A stretch of DNA of 64,000 nt from Felis catus (Eukaryota): the NCBI RefSeq assembly GCF_018350175.1, contig NC_058368.1, forward strand, positions 69,566,001 through 69,630,000, read 5' to 3'. Every line of letters begins with the position of its first letter. Position 1 is the stretch's first letter. Below are positions 1-12,847 of this stretch, piece by piece. The notes below the pieces were generated by a model. That model was not told the origin of the DNA and did no database searches. It saw only the letters and a program-made list of their open reading frames with translations. Both the position numbers and the translations under genes were made by a program.

Positions 1-70
1 AGCGATGCGCATGCAGGTGGGAGAAGGTGACCCAATTGAGACGACAGCCGCGGGGGCGGGGCTTCCCCGG
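1..70. promoter_or_regulatory. GC/CpG-rich edge of a probable promoter or CpG island
   Basis: TGCGCATGCA (NRF1-like) at 6-15, CCAAT at 32-36, GC box GGGGCGGGGC at 53-62, several CpGs; GC content drops soon after. Truncated by the window start. Confidence 0.45.
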
Positions 71-1026
71 ATTAGGTGCCTCGTAGAGGGAGGGGAAGCA
101 AGATCTTTCTGCTGAGCCGTGTTTGATGCCAGGGGAAGATCCACTTCTGTTCCCGAGGTAAATTAGACCAAAGAGAGGAGTTTGGTTTATTGCCTAGTGC
201 TGAAGTTAAAAACCATTTCTTTCCCATGTGGTCTCTTAATTAGATTCATTAGTTTCAAAATGTTAATTGGGAGTGCTGCAGTTCAATTCCTGAAAGGTTT
301 TAAATTTAAAAGGAACACCTCATTTACCCTACTACTGTGTTCTGATGACTCCGTGGTCGTTGCTGAATCACATTTTTTTTCATTCAAATAATGGTTTATT
401 GATTGTGAAGCTTCTCAGGAAGAGTAATAAAACCAAGTATCTACTTAAATCACCGTTGGTTTCCCCAGTTTCCTGATAAGCATGTTGCGAGCCGTTTCTG
501 TCCCTGTGAATTTTGATGCGGAAACAAAGTTTCAGCTTTGGTATTTCGTTCAGTATTTGGTATATGACAGAACACCTAGTACCTCAATAATAGGAAGAGA
601 GCACTTTAACCGACACCTGATTAGTCGCATGTGGGACATTTTCTACTTGGGTAAACTCAGCGCTTTATCTTAAAAAGTCTCCATCTTTCCTTCCCAGAAT
701 TAGGTGGATGGTTAGGCCTGGATTAGAACAGATGGTTATGCCGTTATTAATTCTTGAGGAATCTTTCAGGGTTAACAGTTCTGTAAAAGAACAACCTGTT
801 TTGTAATTACAAAGGTGTGACATCACCTGGAAGTAGCATTTTCCAATAACACAGAAGATCGAGATGCGTCCTGGTCTTATAACTTCTGAAACAAATTCTT
901 AATTATCTTGGACAGATGGGGAGAATAAACTTAGCCTTCTTATTCTTGTAACTTAAAAAAAAAAAAGCTTCTTTTGTCTAGGAAAAGTGACTGTAATTTT
1001 GTTAGCGAATTCTTAAAAGTCAGATG

Positions 1027-1028
<2 letters not shown>

Positions 1029-1086
<58 letters not shown>
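1029..1086. repeat. (GT)29 microsatellite
   Basis: Perfect GT dinucleotide run. Confidence 0.98.
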
Positions 1087-1088
<2 letters not shown>

Positions 1089-2143
1089 ACATACTCTCTC
1101 CCCCTTCCTTTTCTTCTCTGGGGATAATTTTGAAAGTTCAAAGTCCTTAGCCACACACACGGAAACAATGCTATAAGGGGGTATTTAGAAAAGTTTAATT
1201 TTAACCAGGTACTTTAGCTGTAAACAAACAGAATGACATCATTTAAGACACCACAGCACTTTAGTGAATAGAGGCTTTGTCATTGTTTTCCTAGACCAGA
1301 GCACTGAAATGGAACATTAATTGTTAATTAGGTTAAGGAATCCAGCTGTTGCCTTAACCCGAGCCTGGCTGTGTAGTCTCTGCATAGAACTGAGAAGCGG
1401 GGCTCCCTGGGTCCTGGGCACCTGCCTTGAAGGGGACAGCCTTTCCTTTGCACACCTCGACGGGCGTGCCTGCCATCTGCTAATGGTGTCACACCCAAGG
1501 TGTGTGGCTCATTGCTGATGTGCAGCCTTCCACACACCCGGCCGACAAGGTTCGGCCCACTTCGGTTCTCACACAGGATTTCTTTAACTGTTCTCTCAGA
1601 AAGTCACATGGGGCTCTACATGACCAGGCCAGGTCACTTCCATGGACAGGCCACTGCTCGGTGTGACTGGCGTGGGCTGTTACTACCCACAGCCCTGCAG
1701 TTTAGAGCCTACTGGGCGGATGGATGGCCAAGAGCAGTTTGAACTAATGAGGGATGACAGCAGGCCAAAAACATCCAACAGGAGATAAGTGCGGGGTTCT
1801 GGTGGAATGAAGAGCAGCAGAGAAACCTTTCCTGGGGGAAGTTAGGAGGGCAGAGCAAAGATCAGAGTAAAGCTCCCCCAACTTTACAAAGGATTGAAGG
1901 TAGTTACAGAGTATAGATAATGTGAAATGGAAGTGGGTTAAAAACCAAAATGTCACAACAAAGGGAGAGCAAGGACAAGATAATAAACCAGATCCAGAAA
2001 TGAGGCCAGTTCCCAAAATGAATACTGTTTAGCCTAAAGGTGAGCCACTAACGTGGCCCTGAGCTTTCCAACAGTCATTATGAAGAGCGATATACATTGG
2101 GTACTTGACCCACAATGTGTGTGATAAGAACAAACCCATTCTT

Positions 2144-2364
2144 GGGGCCCCTGGGTGGCTCAGTTGGTTAAGTGCCCGACTGTTGGTTTCGGCTCAGGTC
2201 ATGATCTTGTGGTTTGTGAGCTTGAGCCCCACATCAGGCTCTACACTGACGGTGTGGAGCTTGCTTGGGATTCTCTCTCTGCCCCTCCCCTGCTGGTGCT
2301 CATGCTTGCTCGCTCTCTCTCTTTCTACATAAGTAAATAAAACTTAAAAAAAAAAATAATAAAA
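2144..2364 (+). mobile_element. CanSINE (older subfamily)
   Basis: GGGG-CCTGGGTGGCTCAG tRNA-like head, CT-rich region, A-tail, degenerate TSD (AACAAACCCATTCT / AACAAGCTAATTCT). Confidence 0.93.
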
Positions 2365-2960
2365 CAAGCTAATTCTCAGAAGACTCACCCATTTCTCACC
2401 CTCAGGCCAGAAATGAACCTAAGAATCCTTATGAAGGAACATCACATAATGAAACGGTCAACACCTTCAGTGTCACAGAGACGGTTTCTCTGGACTATTT
2501 TCTCCCAATAGGTGGATGGGCACACCCTACCCCCACCCAGTAATAACCATTTTAATGGGGGAAATGTGTCAGCTACACATCTATTTCTAGCTTGGGTTAA
2601 GTGTAGATTATATGCACTAGAAGAATAACAAACTGGTTCTGGGTGTTTGAAACATCCTATGAGTTTTGAGCTCTTTAGACTGTATTTGGGTGGAAGGAGA
2701 TTCTGGAATAGACTTGAGGAGAAAAGATGGAGGAATGAGAAAACGCCCGCACAGTAGACGGGGTGGGGGTTTCTTAGGACCGATGGCTCACACAAGATAA
2801 TATTTTGTTACGGCCGAAGAAGTATTAGGCTGTTCCATTATAGGATGGAATAATGTCAGGAAAAGAAATACCTGGTATAGTTTAAACATGATAAAAGCTT
2901 CAGAAACATTTTTAGATTTTAATTTGTCAAGGTTGTGATGTCAAGTTATGACTTGAACTA

Positions 2961-3831
2961 CAGGCTGATCTTCATTACTTGTGGGTTCCAGTATTTGTGA
3001 ATTCACTTCCCGAAATTTATCTGTAACCAACCCCAAATCACTACTTGCATTGCTTTTGAGATCCTTCATGAACACACACATGGTGGTGGGAACTTTGAGC
3101 CACCCACTCCCAGTGGAGGCTGAACGAGGCGGCACTTGCCTTCCTGTTTCAGCTGTCACTCTAAACCGCTGTCCTTCTCACAGTCTGTTTAGTATCCCCT
3201 TTTCCACATTTCTGTGCTTTTCATTGGTGATTTTGCAGTTTCCGATGGCCCCTAGGTGTAGAGCTGAAGTGCTGTCTGGTGTTCCCAAGCACAAGAAACC
3301 CGGGAGGTACCTTACGTGAGCTTTGTGCGGGCATGAGATAGGGTGCTGTTGGCCAGGAGATCAGCGTTAAGGAATCAATGATAGATGTGAAATAAGGTGT
3401 CTTTTTTTTTTTTTTTTTTAATTTTTTTTTTTTTCAACGTTTATTTATTTTGGGGACAGAGAGACAGAGCATGAACGGGGGAGGGGCAGAGAGAGAGAGG
3501 GAGACACAGAATCGGAAACAGGCTCCAGGCTCCGAGCCGTCAGCCCAGAGCCCGACGCGGGGCTCGAACTCACGGACCGCGAGATCGTGACCTGGCTGAA
3601 GTCGGACGCTTAACCGACTGCGCCACCCAGGCGCCCCAAGGTGTCTTTAAACAGAAACACATTAAACAAGGTTCTGCAGCGATATGTTGGTAGGTTGATG
3701 AAAATGCTAAGACCAGAGGCTTAGGATTAGGTTCCTATCTAACCCTGTATTTCTCCTAGGAGCAGGGGCTAAGTTGCTAATTAAACAGCAACTTTATAGA
3801 ACAGACTATAGCAAAGAATGGGAATCACCTG
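2961..3831 (-). mobile_element. MER82-like Tigger (Tc1/mariner) MITE, split by a young SINE
   Basis: TA at both ends (2959-60, 3832-33), terminal inverted repeats CAGG(C)TGAT / ATCACCTG, internal sequence matches recalled MER82 consensus (e.g. TAAGGTGTCTTTAAACAGAAACAC). Confidence 0.8.
3402..3637 (-). mobile_element. Young felid SINE (SINEC_Fc type)
   Basis: Near-consensus CpG-rich body, long T-tail, TSD AAGGTGTCTTT at 3394 and 3638. Confidence 0.97.
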
Positions 3832-5747
3832 TAATTCAATTAAGGAACACCCAAGTTAAGCTATAATTGGTGTGTGTGTGTTCGTTCCAGGTTTCATATG
3901 ACATCTAATAATCAGAGAAATAGGGATTTCCAGGGAACTTTCACAAAAATGGCACCGATCAGGTGATGCTTGCATTGATTTTACTGTTACAACTTTGCCT
4001 TTGGAACTAGGCAAGCCTAGAGTTCCTTGTTAACGTTTCAGGGAATTTTGGGGAAGATGGTATTTTTTGGTGGTGTGGTGCATCTTTTACTTGACATGGT
4101 AAGAACGTAAACATTTGTAACGCGTAGTCCTTCTTACAAGGGTCCGCGTCTGACACCTTTATTTAAGGAAGAGTTCTTCATTTTTGCTCAGGGAGTATAG
4201 CATTAAAAATAGCTTTCAGTTGAGTTATTTTTCCTTATGGTGACAGTGATATTTTAGTAGGAGAATCTTATTGTCCCCCTCCCCAGCACACATTCTCCAT
4301 CCAAGTTATGTTCCTTTGACAACACATAAATTGTTTGGCTATTGAAATGATTAATGCCACATAAGGCTACATCTTGGGAAGGCAGAACAGGAACCAGAAG
4401 AATGTCTACGAAAGAAAGATCACAGGGGCCTCGTGTTTATACCTGCCTTTGAATGTCCTAGAAAAGACCAAAGGAAATCTGAAGCAATACTGTTTCTTAG
4501 TGACAGTTTCCAGTGGTGGTTTTTAAAAAAGGAAATTCCAGTGGGAAATGAACACTCCGGTTACCCACCTCCATTCTTTCAATTTATGTATGTGATGTTG
4601 GACGGCACCTTCCCCACCTGTCTTTTGGAAGTCTTCAAAATTACACAGGGTTTAGGCTGTTGACCTTTTTGAAAACCTAATTTTTGTTTGTAAGTTTTCA
4701 AGCTCTTGAGCCTCAGATATGGAGATGCATTTGAGAAAAGAGTATGTGACTTGTATGTATTAGGTAATACGTTAGTGTAAATTAATTTATGAGATTTACC
4801 AACGATTCCCAAACACCCAACATTGGGGCTGTCCATTGGCTTAATTGGAAAACCTTTGGTGCTTGGAAAAGGAGGCTTAAAACAAAACCAGACTGAAATA
4901 TTGTTCTTTAAAATGTCACCTCCAATCACATCAAAGCTGTTAGGCTAAAATCTGAAACCATGTAGGTTTTGAATGCTTGGGATTCTAAAGAAATGTTTTA
5001 TAATGCCAGTCTATTGAGGTTGTCTATTGAGGTTGTACATGATTTGTTTCTCCCATAATCTGTTAAAGCTTTAGATCGCAAAATAGGGCATATTTGTACA
5101 AGAGGCTGTAAAACGTAAGTATAGATTAACGGCAAAGAAAACGAACATCCAAGTTACAAAAACGTTAACATTCCCAGTATGGGCCCCTTCCTCTTTGCTC
5201 AACCTTCTTCGCCACAGAAGTACTCACAGCCTGATTTTTGTGTTAATCACTCCCTTGCTTCTCTTTATAGTTTGGCACACACGTGTGCAACTCTAAACAG
5301 TAGTGCATTTGGTCTCTAACTTGTTCAGTGCCTGTCTTTCCACTTAACTGGGAGGAGAGAAATTGTATGGATTCTGTCTTTGGTCTATGCCTAGCCTCAA
5401 ACCCAGTGCTTGGCATATAATTGGGATTGAATACAAGTTTATGGATTGAATGAATAAATATAAGAATGTTTCTTATAAAACGAGGTTTCTAATTTACAAC
5501 TAAGGCACGTAATTGTGTATTTGAATAATCATGAAAGAAAGGTAGGTAATATCAAAATTTATTCTTGGAAAGTAAACTTGGATGACGGTTAGAACCATCC
5601 CATATCCCATACCCACATTTTAAAATGAGAAAAGTGATAAACATTTTGCCCAAGGTCCTTTAGCTAATGGTGGCCACAGAGGGGCCAGGGTAATACCTGT
5701 CTCTCCTCCTTGTCTAGGATTCTATCAGGCCACAGGGCACTCTCAAG

Positions 5748-5939
5748 CACGTGTGTGCACATGCATGTGCACACACACAGACGAGTTGGGGAAGGGTGCA
5801 GAGAGAGAGAATCCCAAGCAGACTCTGCACTGTCAACATGGAGCCCGATTTGGGTCTGGAATTCATGAACCATGAGGTCATGACCTGAGCTGCAATTAAG
5901 AGTGGGATGCTTAACCTACTGAGCCACCCAGGCACCCCC
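5748..5939 (-). mobile_element. CanSINE
   Basis: AATCCCAAGCAG...GAGCCACCCAGGCACCCC antisense body; no clear tail. Confidence 0.9.
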
Positions 5940-5956
5940 AAGGTGATTTTAATCAA

Positions 5957-6047
5957 GAGCCAGACGCGGGGCTCGAACCCGCGGACCGTGAGATCATGAC
6001 CTGAGCTGAAGTTGAACGCTTAACCAACTGAGCCACCCAGGCGCCCC
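5957..6047 (-). mobile_element. CanSINE 5' (tRNA head) fragment
   Basis: GGGCTCGAACCC...GAGCCACCCAGGCGCCCC only; 3' half absent. Confidence 0.88.
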
Positions 6048-7017
6048 CTGAATTTTTATTCATTTATCCAAAGATGGCATTTTTTAAAGAGTAGGGCCTG
6101 AGTTTTGGTATTTGAAGATTTCCCTCCTCCTGCTGCCCTAACATGCCCGCCCCCCCCCCCCCTACACACACAGAGTGATGATTTTGTCCCATTGCTTTGG
6201 GTTTTTTTTTGTTGTTGTTTTTATTTTATTTTATTTTATTTTTGTCCCATTACTTTGACATCAATCCAAAGACAAGCCAATGGTGCCCTGCAAGGGGGGG
6301 GGGCGGCAAGAGAGCGGTCGTGGCAGGCCTTACCCCTTGGGTCTGACAGAAATGCTCCAAACTTGTGTGTTCCTAGGCTGCCTTGTGAAAATCTAAGGAA
6401 TCTCTGTACTTCATACTTTGCAACACATTTGAAGACTTTTATCTTTCATACCAAGCCACTTAGTCGCCTGTGCCTTCCAAGGGCCTGAAATTGTGTGTGT
6501 GAGTTGGCGTTAAAGGCAGCATTTGGTGTTGGTCTTGAAAGAAAGTTCTCTTTTAGCCCGCCCAGATAGGCAAGTCCAATGACTCAGGGAGCCGTGGTGA
6601 TAATTTATACTTCAGAGGAAAAATCTAACTGCCCCCGATTCTCAAGAGTATTAGTTTTAGAACGCTTCCAAATCGTTTGACACCAACATTTTTTCAACTT
6701 GATTTTGGCAGGCACAGACCTGAGATTTTAAAGTAGCTTTTATCAAAATAAAACCAGCTCCTGGGTTCTGAGTAGGTAGAATTCCAGAGGTTGGCATGGA
6801 CACTGTCCTTGTGGAGTGTGATGAATTAATAGCTGTGTGTGGATTTGGGCTGCAACAAAAGTGATTTTCAAGCCAACTTCAGCAAGGAAAAATGTGAAGT
6901 TTCTGATCTTTGATCGGGTGCTTAGGGAGATGAAAATGATCTGAAGCATTAAAGAATGTTGTTAAATGTTTATTGGCAGTAGCCCTGGGTTTGAGGCTGT
7001 TAGCCCCACTAACCTGG

Positions 7018-7058
7018 CTGCTGCTGCTGCTGCTGAAGATGATGATGATGATGATGAT
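7018..7058. repeat. Compound (CTG)6-(GAT)7 trinucleotide repeat
   Basis: Direct reading; source of the poly-L/poly-M/poly-I stretches in the ORF track. Confidence 0.95.
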
Positions 7059-7189
7059 GAAGGGTGATGAAAACATCAGTAGCTGCTGCAGAGTGCTTTT
7101 TGGCTCTGTCTCAGGAAATGACCACAGCAACCCTCTGCGTCCGATATTTCCGTCTGGCTTAGCAATGATACGCCTTATCGGTGACATCA

Positions 7190-7380
7190 AGGTTTTGATG
7201 CTCGGCAAAACTGGATTCAAATCCTGCTTCTGCCACTCTTTAATTGTGACCTGAGTTTTGCTGTTGGTAAGTTGAGGGTAATAGCATTGCGCTCAGAGGT
7301 GGCTGTGGGGATTAAATGAGCTAATGTAGGTGATACTGACGCGTAGCTTTCAAAGCGCTCGGTCAGTGTAGGCTGCTGCT
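7190..7380 (+). mobile_element. MIR SINE relic
   Basis: CTGGATTCAAATCCTGCTTCTGCCACT...GTGACCTGAG...GTGGGGATTAAATGAGCTAATGTA, MIR core motifs. Confidence 0.75.
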
Positions 7381-7909
7381 GGCACCCAAGGTCACAGCAC
7401 AAGGGCACGTTGAGCTCGCTGCCAAGCCCCCGTGTGCATCGCTCTTCCCATTTTCCACGTGACCATCCTGGTCCATTCACAGCAAATTTTTGTGCAAACT
7501 GGGCCACCTGGTAGGTTTTTTGGTTTGCTGTAACAGATACAGTACTGGGTGGAGGCAGAATTTCTGGGTTTGAACTCTGAATTCCTTGTTGTATGTGGGT
7601 GAGCGTATGGGTGTGCCCTTTGGAAGTGAGATTTGGAACACATTGATCATCGGTTTTGTCTCGTTCTTCATAATCCCATTTTGGATTTGGTTGTGAACAT
7701 CTTGGAAAATTACTTCCTGTTTCATCCACGTGATCATCCCGTTATTTGTGTCCTGAGACCACCTCAGCATACTCACCTCTTGTTACAGGAAACTTCCAGA
7801 CTCTGGGCAGAGTGTTGATTGGAGGGGCCGTCCCTGAAAAGCACTAGGCACTCCTCTGTGTCCCCCAACAGCTGTCTTGCAATGAAACACTAATGTGACC
7901 ATCACTGGC

Positions 7910-8110
7910 ATTAGCATTCTGGGTTTGGAGTGAGAGATGAACATTCAGGCCTTAGTTCCACTCTTACAATTGTGATTCTGAACAAGCTACTTACCTATGA
8001 TGAGTCTCGGTTCATGACAGTAGGTCTTTTGAGTTGGCAAAACACCTAGATGGCACACGGGAAGGGCTAGGCAATTCCTGGCACCCAGTAGGTGCTCGGT
8101 AAATAGGAGA
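7910..8110 (+). mobile_element. MIR SINE relic
   Basis: GTGATTCTGAACAAGCTACTTACC...CCTGGCACCCAGTAGGTGCTCGGTAAATA. Confidence 0.65.
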
Positions 8111-9367
8111 TATTTGGTCTCAGTGATCTGGACACGAAGCTTTTATAGGAATTTTGTCTGTTTCATTTGTATCGAAGCCATTACTGAGAAAGGTATCCTT
8201 CTGCCTGTGTCGCTCTAATTGCAGAGTGAGATTTAAGCCAGAGAAGCCTAATGCATAATAGTTTAGCCCCGGTCAGCTGTTTACACATTCAGATTCAGTC
8301 TCAGCATAAATAGCCTTACCGTGAATTCACAAGAAATTGCTGAGAATTCAGGATCTTAGCTCACTGCTGGGATTAATTTCTTTTCACCAGACCGACTGTC
8401 TAGAGAATATCCATAATGCTATAAATGAAAACATATGTTCCCGTAACCAATGGCAGTGGGGAGATGGGAAAAGTAACCACGCGATTTTCAGGAACCACTT
8501 CATGGACAAGAGTTGCGGGCTTGCCTGCAGCTGGGGCAAAGAAAAAAGCTGTATTGAGTACAAAGTTGCTTTTATGGCATTCCCCTCCCCACCCTTTTTA
8601 AAATTAAAAGGTGGCTTTGCATTGAAAAGCAAAGGAAGACATTTTTATTTCTAGAGGAAATTTTTGAAACAATGGATTTCTAAAACCAGAGATTATCTGC
8701 TTGATTTGAGAAATGAGCTTTTGGGTGTATGGGGGGGGGGGGGAACCAGAGTGATCAGGGGTCTTTTTAGGCTTTTTTCAGCTTCCCTGAATAAGCTCAA
8801 TTAACGGGCAAGACCTAAAATGTAAGAAGATGTGGTTGGTTTTCTAGTTTTTCTTGTAAATGCAAAATGGTTGCTTGTGTAATCCTAAAATACACACATT
8901 TGCTGATAACGTAAAATATTACGAAACTGTGCTATTCTCAAGAATAAAAGAAATTCTTCTGAATTTGCTTTCAGACGTTGGTTTTGAAAAATATTAGTAA
9001 AAGAGAAATCAGTATTTGGCTTATTGTCTGTTTTACAGTCCTAAGTAGCAGATTTCTTTCAGAGTTAGATCTTCAACTTTTTTAACAAAAAAAAAAAAAA
9101 AAAGAAAAGAAAAAGAAAAGAAACTTCCTTCATGAAATCTGATTCCCAGCTCATGACCATTTGTGACCTTTGTAGATTTCTTCCCCCATGTCAGGCAGAG
9201 ATCACATGGAAAAGGTCTCTTATAACTCCAAGAAAAGGATGGGTGGTACAGGCATTTAGCAGGAACTGTAAGTCATTGTTTGAGTATCATCTAGCCTCCC
9301 CTCCCCACCCTTCCAAATCCAGAACATTCTACCGGAATATCAGAAGCATCATTAAAAGTTAAACCAA

Positions 9368-9595
9368 CAACCCTTCTGGTGGGCAATTTGGCAACTGTTC
9401 AAAAATCTTAAAAATGTGCATAAGCTCTACCCCAACACTTCCATTTCTAGGAAGTACTCTTACAGAGGAAGAGAAATACAAGCCCATCGAACGATTTCTT
9501 GAAAGCGATCATAATAAAACAAGACCATAAATTCACTTAAATGATCATTTATTTGTACACAGAGTTCTCTGTAACTGTTAAAATGTTGGTGAGAA
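9368..9595 (+). mobile_element. Old L1 (L1M) fragment
   Basis: GGGCAATTTGGCA...AAAAATGTGCATA...CCATTTCTAGGAA, typical of the L1M ORF2 end. Confidence 0.55.
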
Positions 9596-9734
9596 TTTTT
9601 ATTGCAAGTTAAATACATATTGTATAAAATACATACTGTATTTTAAGTAAAGAATCAGTATTTGAAATCTGAGGGAGGTTTTTTGGTATTGTGTTATTCT
9701 GAGTTTGAAATCAAGGGAGCTTTGCAAACTGCAT

Positions 9735-9935
9735 GGTGAAGACAGAAGAGTGGTTGTTGCCAGGGACTGGGTGGGGGAAGGGTCAGGGAGTTGGTGCACA
9801 GGTGCTGTTTTGCAAGATGAAAAAAGTTCTGGAGACGGATGGTGATGGTTGCATAACAGTAAGAATGGGCTTAATCCCCCTGAACTGTCCACTTAAAAAC
9901 GGTAAAGTTTATGTAATTTTACCACAAATTTTTCC
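9735..9935 (+). mobile_element. L1MB-like 3' end
   Basis: GTGGTTGTTGCCAGGGACTGG...GCAAGATGAAAAAAGTTCTGGAGACGGATGGTGATGGTTGC...TTTTACCACAA. Confidence 0.8.
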
Positions 9936-10069
9936 AAAAAGGAAATGTGATAACAAAAGGGTTGATGAAAAGTAATGATTTAAAAAATGTATGGGTGGGC
10001 ATCACTCACCAAGTTTTGGAAAGTTTTGCTTTTTGAGGGATCCTTTTGTTTTTAGTTGTAAACATTTTT

Positions 10070-10292
10070 TAAAAAGTTTTTTTAATGTTTATTTTTGAGA
10101 CAGACAGTATGAGCGGTGGTGGGGGGGTGGGGAGAGAGAGAGGAATGAATGAATGAATGAAAGAATCCAAAGCAGGCTCCAGGCTCTGAGCTGTCAGCAC
10201 AGGGCCTGACACGGGGCTTGAACTCACAAGCAGTGAGATCATGACCTGAGCTGAAGTTGGATGCTTAACTGACTGAGCCACCCAGGTGTCCC
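10070..10292 (-). mobile_element. CanSINE
   Basis: Full antisense body; TSD AGTTGTAAACATTTTT at 10054 and 10293. Confidence 0.96.
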
Positions 10293-11513
10293 AGTTGTAA
10301 ACATTTTTAGTGTGAATCACTTCAAAGATCGGTTTTTTTCCCCCCAACATACCATCATCAACTGAAAATACTTATCAAAAATTCCCTAACATCATTGACT
10401 ACAAGGGAAAACCTTATGAGTAAAAAAGACAATATTTGTTCTTCCTCAAGCTTTTTTGGAGATGGAATCATCTGAGTATTTAGAACACTCCCCCAGCCTT
10501 GACCATGTCAGTAATCTGATATGATAGAAATGTGTTCTGGAAGCTTTTGAATATGGTAGGATTTTCTGAAGGGGGAGGAAGAATGTGATAGGGTTTGCTA
10601 ATCTTTCTTCTTGACACAGTCTGATCAGTGTCAGATTAAAAGTATGTATTTTCCTTTTCATTTTGGGCTTTCATGACCTTCTCCTCTCCTGCCTTCTTTT
10701 TGTTCTTTATGTACCTATTGGAATCTTGCTTTAAGAACTCCAGGTGATAGGTGGCTCAGAAGATATCCAAGCTAAAATATTCACTCTATCAGGTATTGAT
10801 GTTTTATTCAGTATTTACCTAATGAGTAAGACTTGATAAGGGCAGACTGTGAAACCTTCTGGTCTTGATCTGCTTTTTCCTCTAAAAACTCTAGAATATC
10901 AGCAACCGATAGGTTTTGTGTTGAAATGTGTCCATTCATCTTGGTAATGAAGGCATTAGACCACGGAGCATGATGCTTCCTAATTTGTGGCCTGAAACAG
11001 GTATCATTTAGTGTGAGAAGGTAAAAGCTTCCCAGAGTACAGGTTGAAGTGAAAAACCCGAATGTTTGCAACGATGGTAGGCCAAGAGGAAAGCCGAAGT
11101 CAGTCACCAAAGCAGGCTGCTGGGCCACTCGTTCTCTGTCGGCCTCTCATTTCTCAGCCTCACAATGAAGGGGCAGCCTCTAGATAAGCAGCCCAGGAGT
11201 ATTGCTACCTGGAGGGATTCTTCATGTGTATTTATGTGATTTCAGTTGGTAATTAAGAATTTAAAATTTTCATTTCCGGTTTCCTTTAAAAAAAAAGCCG
11301 TACACATCTGCTCGTCCATAATTAGTCTTAGCCTTTATTTGGTGGGAGGCTACCATGCAGCCTGTCTTGGTGTCCACTTGCCCCCCTAGAGGGCATGAAG
11401 GACTGGAGGTTTGTGTCTCCAAGGTTTGCTGCTTGCTGGCAGCTCAGACAAACCTCTCGACCAAGTTTCATAGCGTTCGATTATAAAAATGGCAGCATTT
11501 AAAATTTATATCC

Positions 11514-11987
11514 GGAAGAGCCCAAAATGTCCATTGGCTGATCAACGGACAAAGAAGAAGATGTAGCATAGATGTATAACGGAATGGCACTCAGCCATCA
11601 CAAAGAATGAAATCTTGTCATTTGCAACAACGTGGATGGTGCTAGAGTGTATTATGCTAAGCGGAATAAGTCAGAGAAAGACAAATACCATATGATTTCA
11701 CTCATGTGGAGTTTAAGAAACAAAACAGATGAACGTAGGGGAAGGGCAGGGGGAAGAGAGAAGCAAACAAGAGACCCTTAAGGAGAGAGAACAAACTGAG
11801 GGTTGATGGAAGGAGGTGGGTGGGGGATGGGCTAGATGGGTGACCGGCATTAAGGAGGGTGCTTGTTGGGATGAGCACTGGGTGTTCTATGTAAGTGATG
11901 AATCAATGAATCCTACTTCCGAAACTGATGTTACCATATGTGTTCACTAACTAGAATTTAAAGAACAACTTGAAATAAAGAAAAAAT
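11514..11987 (+). mobile_element. 5'-truncated carnivore L1 (ORF2 end and 3' UTR)
   Basis: AAGAATGAAATCTTGTCATTTGCAACAACGTGGATGG...GATGAGCACTGGGTGTTCTATGTAAGTGATGAATC, A-rich tail, degenerate TSD TAAAATTTATAT / TAAAATTCATAT. Confidence 0.92.
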
Positions 11988-12056
11988 AAAATTCATATTC
12001 CAAGATGGTTTCTTGAAATCTTGGTCTCTTACATGCTTTAAAGAAAAGAGGAAGGT

Positions 12057-12290
12057 GGGGTACGCTTGGGTGGCTCAGTCAGCTGAGTGTCTGACTCTTG
12101 ATTTCGGTTCAGGCCATGATCCCAGGGTCGTGGGATCAAGCCCTGTGTCAGGCTCCACACTCAGTCTGCTTGGAATTCTCTCTCTCCTCCCCCCCCCCCC
12201 CCCCCCCCCCCCCGCCTCTGTCCCTCCCCTACTTACTTACATGCAGGTGAGTGTGCTTTTTCTCAAACAAAAACCAAACAAAAAAGAATA
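12057..12290 (+). mobile_element. CanSINE with internal C25 run
   Basis: Sense head, poly-C at 12189-12213, A-rich tail. Confidence 0.92.
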
Positions 12291-12466
12291 ACCAGCCTTT
12301 ACATTGGGTAAATACAATTAAACACTCAGCAAACTTCATAACACATTTTTTTTTCTTCTTCATGATCCTCTCACATTCTGAGTGCCTTACTGCCTGCTGC
12401 AGGGAGGGAACACTTAACTTTTAATAAAAGTATTGGTCTCTTCTACCCCTGAGAATTTTTGCTTCT

Positions 12467-12687
12467 TTTTTAAAAAAATTTTTTTAAAGTTTATTTATTT
12501 TGAGAGAGAGATTTGTTTTTGAGAGCGGGTAGGGGAGGGGCAGAGACAGGGGGAGAGAGAGAATCTCAAGCAGGCTCTGCACTGTTAGCGTGGAGCCCAG
12601 TGCAGGCTCGAACTCACAAACTGAGATCATGAGCTGAGCAGAAACTAAGAGTTGGATGTTTAATGGACTGAGCCACCCAGGCGGCTC
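12467..12687 (-). mobile_element. CanSINE
   Basis: TSD GAGAATTTTTGCTTCT at 12451 and 12688. Confidence 0.95.
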
Positions 12688-12796
12688 GAGAATTTTTGCT
12701 TCTAATGTTAGCTGATGGAATTAACTATTTGTGACTTTGAACACTGGCTGCCCCCAGTGGTTCTGGACACCATGGAAAAGGCATAATGTATTCTTG

Positions 12797-12800
<4 letters not shown>

Positions 12801-12844
<44 letters not shown>
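12801..12844. repeat. (GT)22 microsatellite at a SINE tail
   Basis: Direct reading. Confidence 0.97.

Positions 12845-12847
<3 letters not shown>

Noticed and set aside
6879..7254. ORFs with poly-Leu/Met/Ile resembling a signal peptide
   Set aside because: Generated by the (CTG)n(GAT)n repeat and run into a MIR
7217..7729. 170-aa minus-strand ORF
   Set aside because: Overlaps a MIR, no recognisable domain, no exon context
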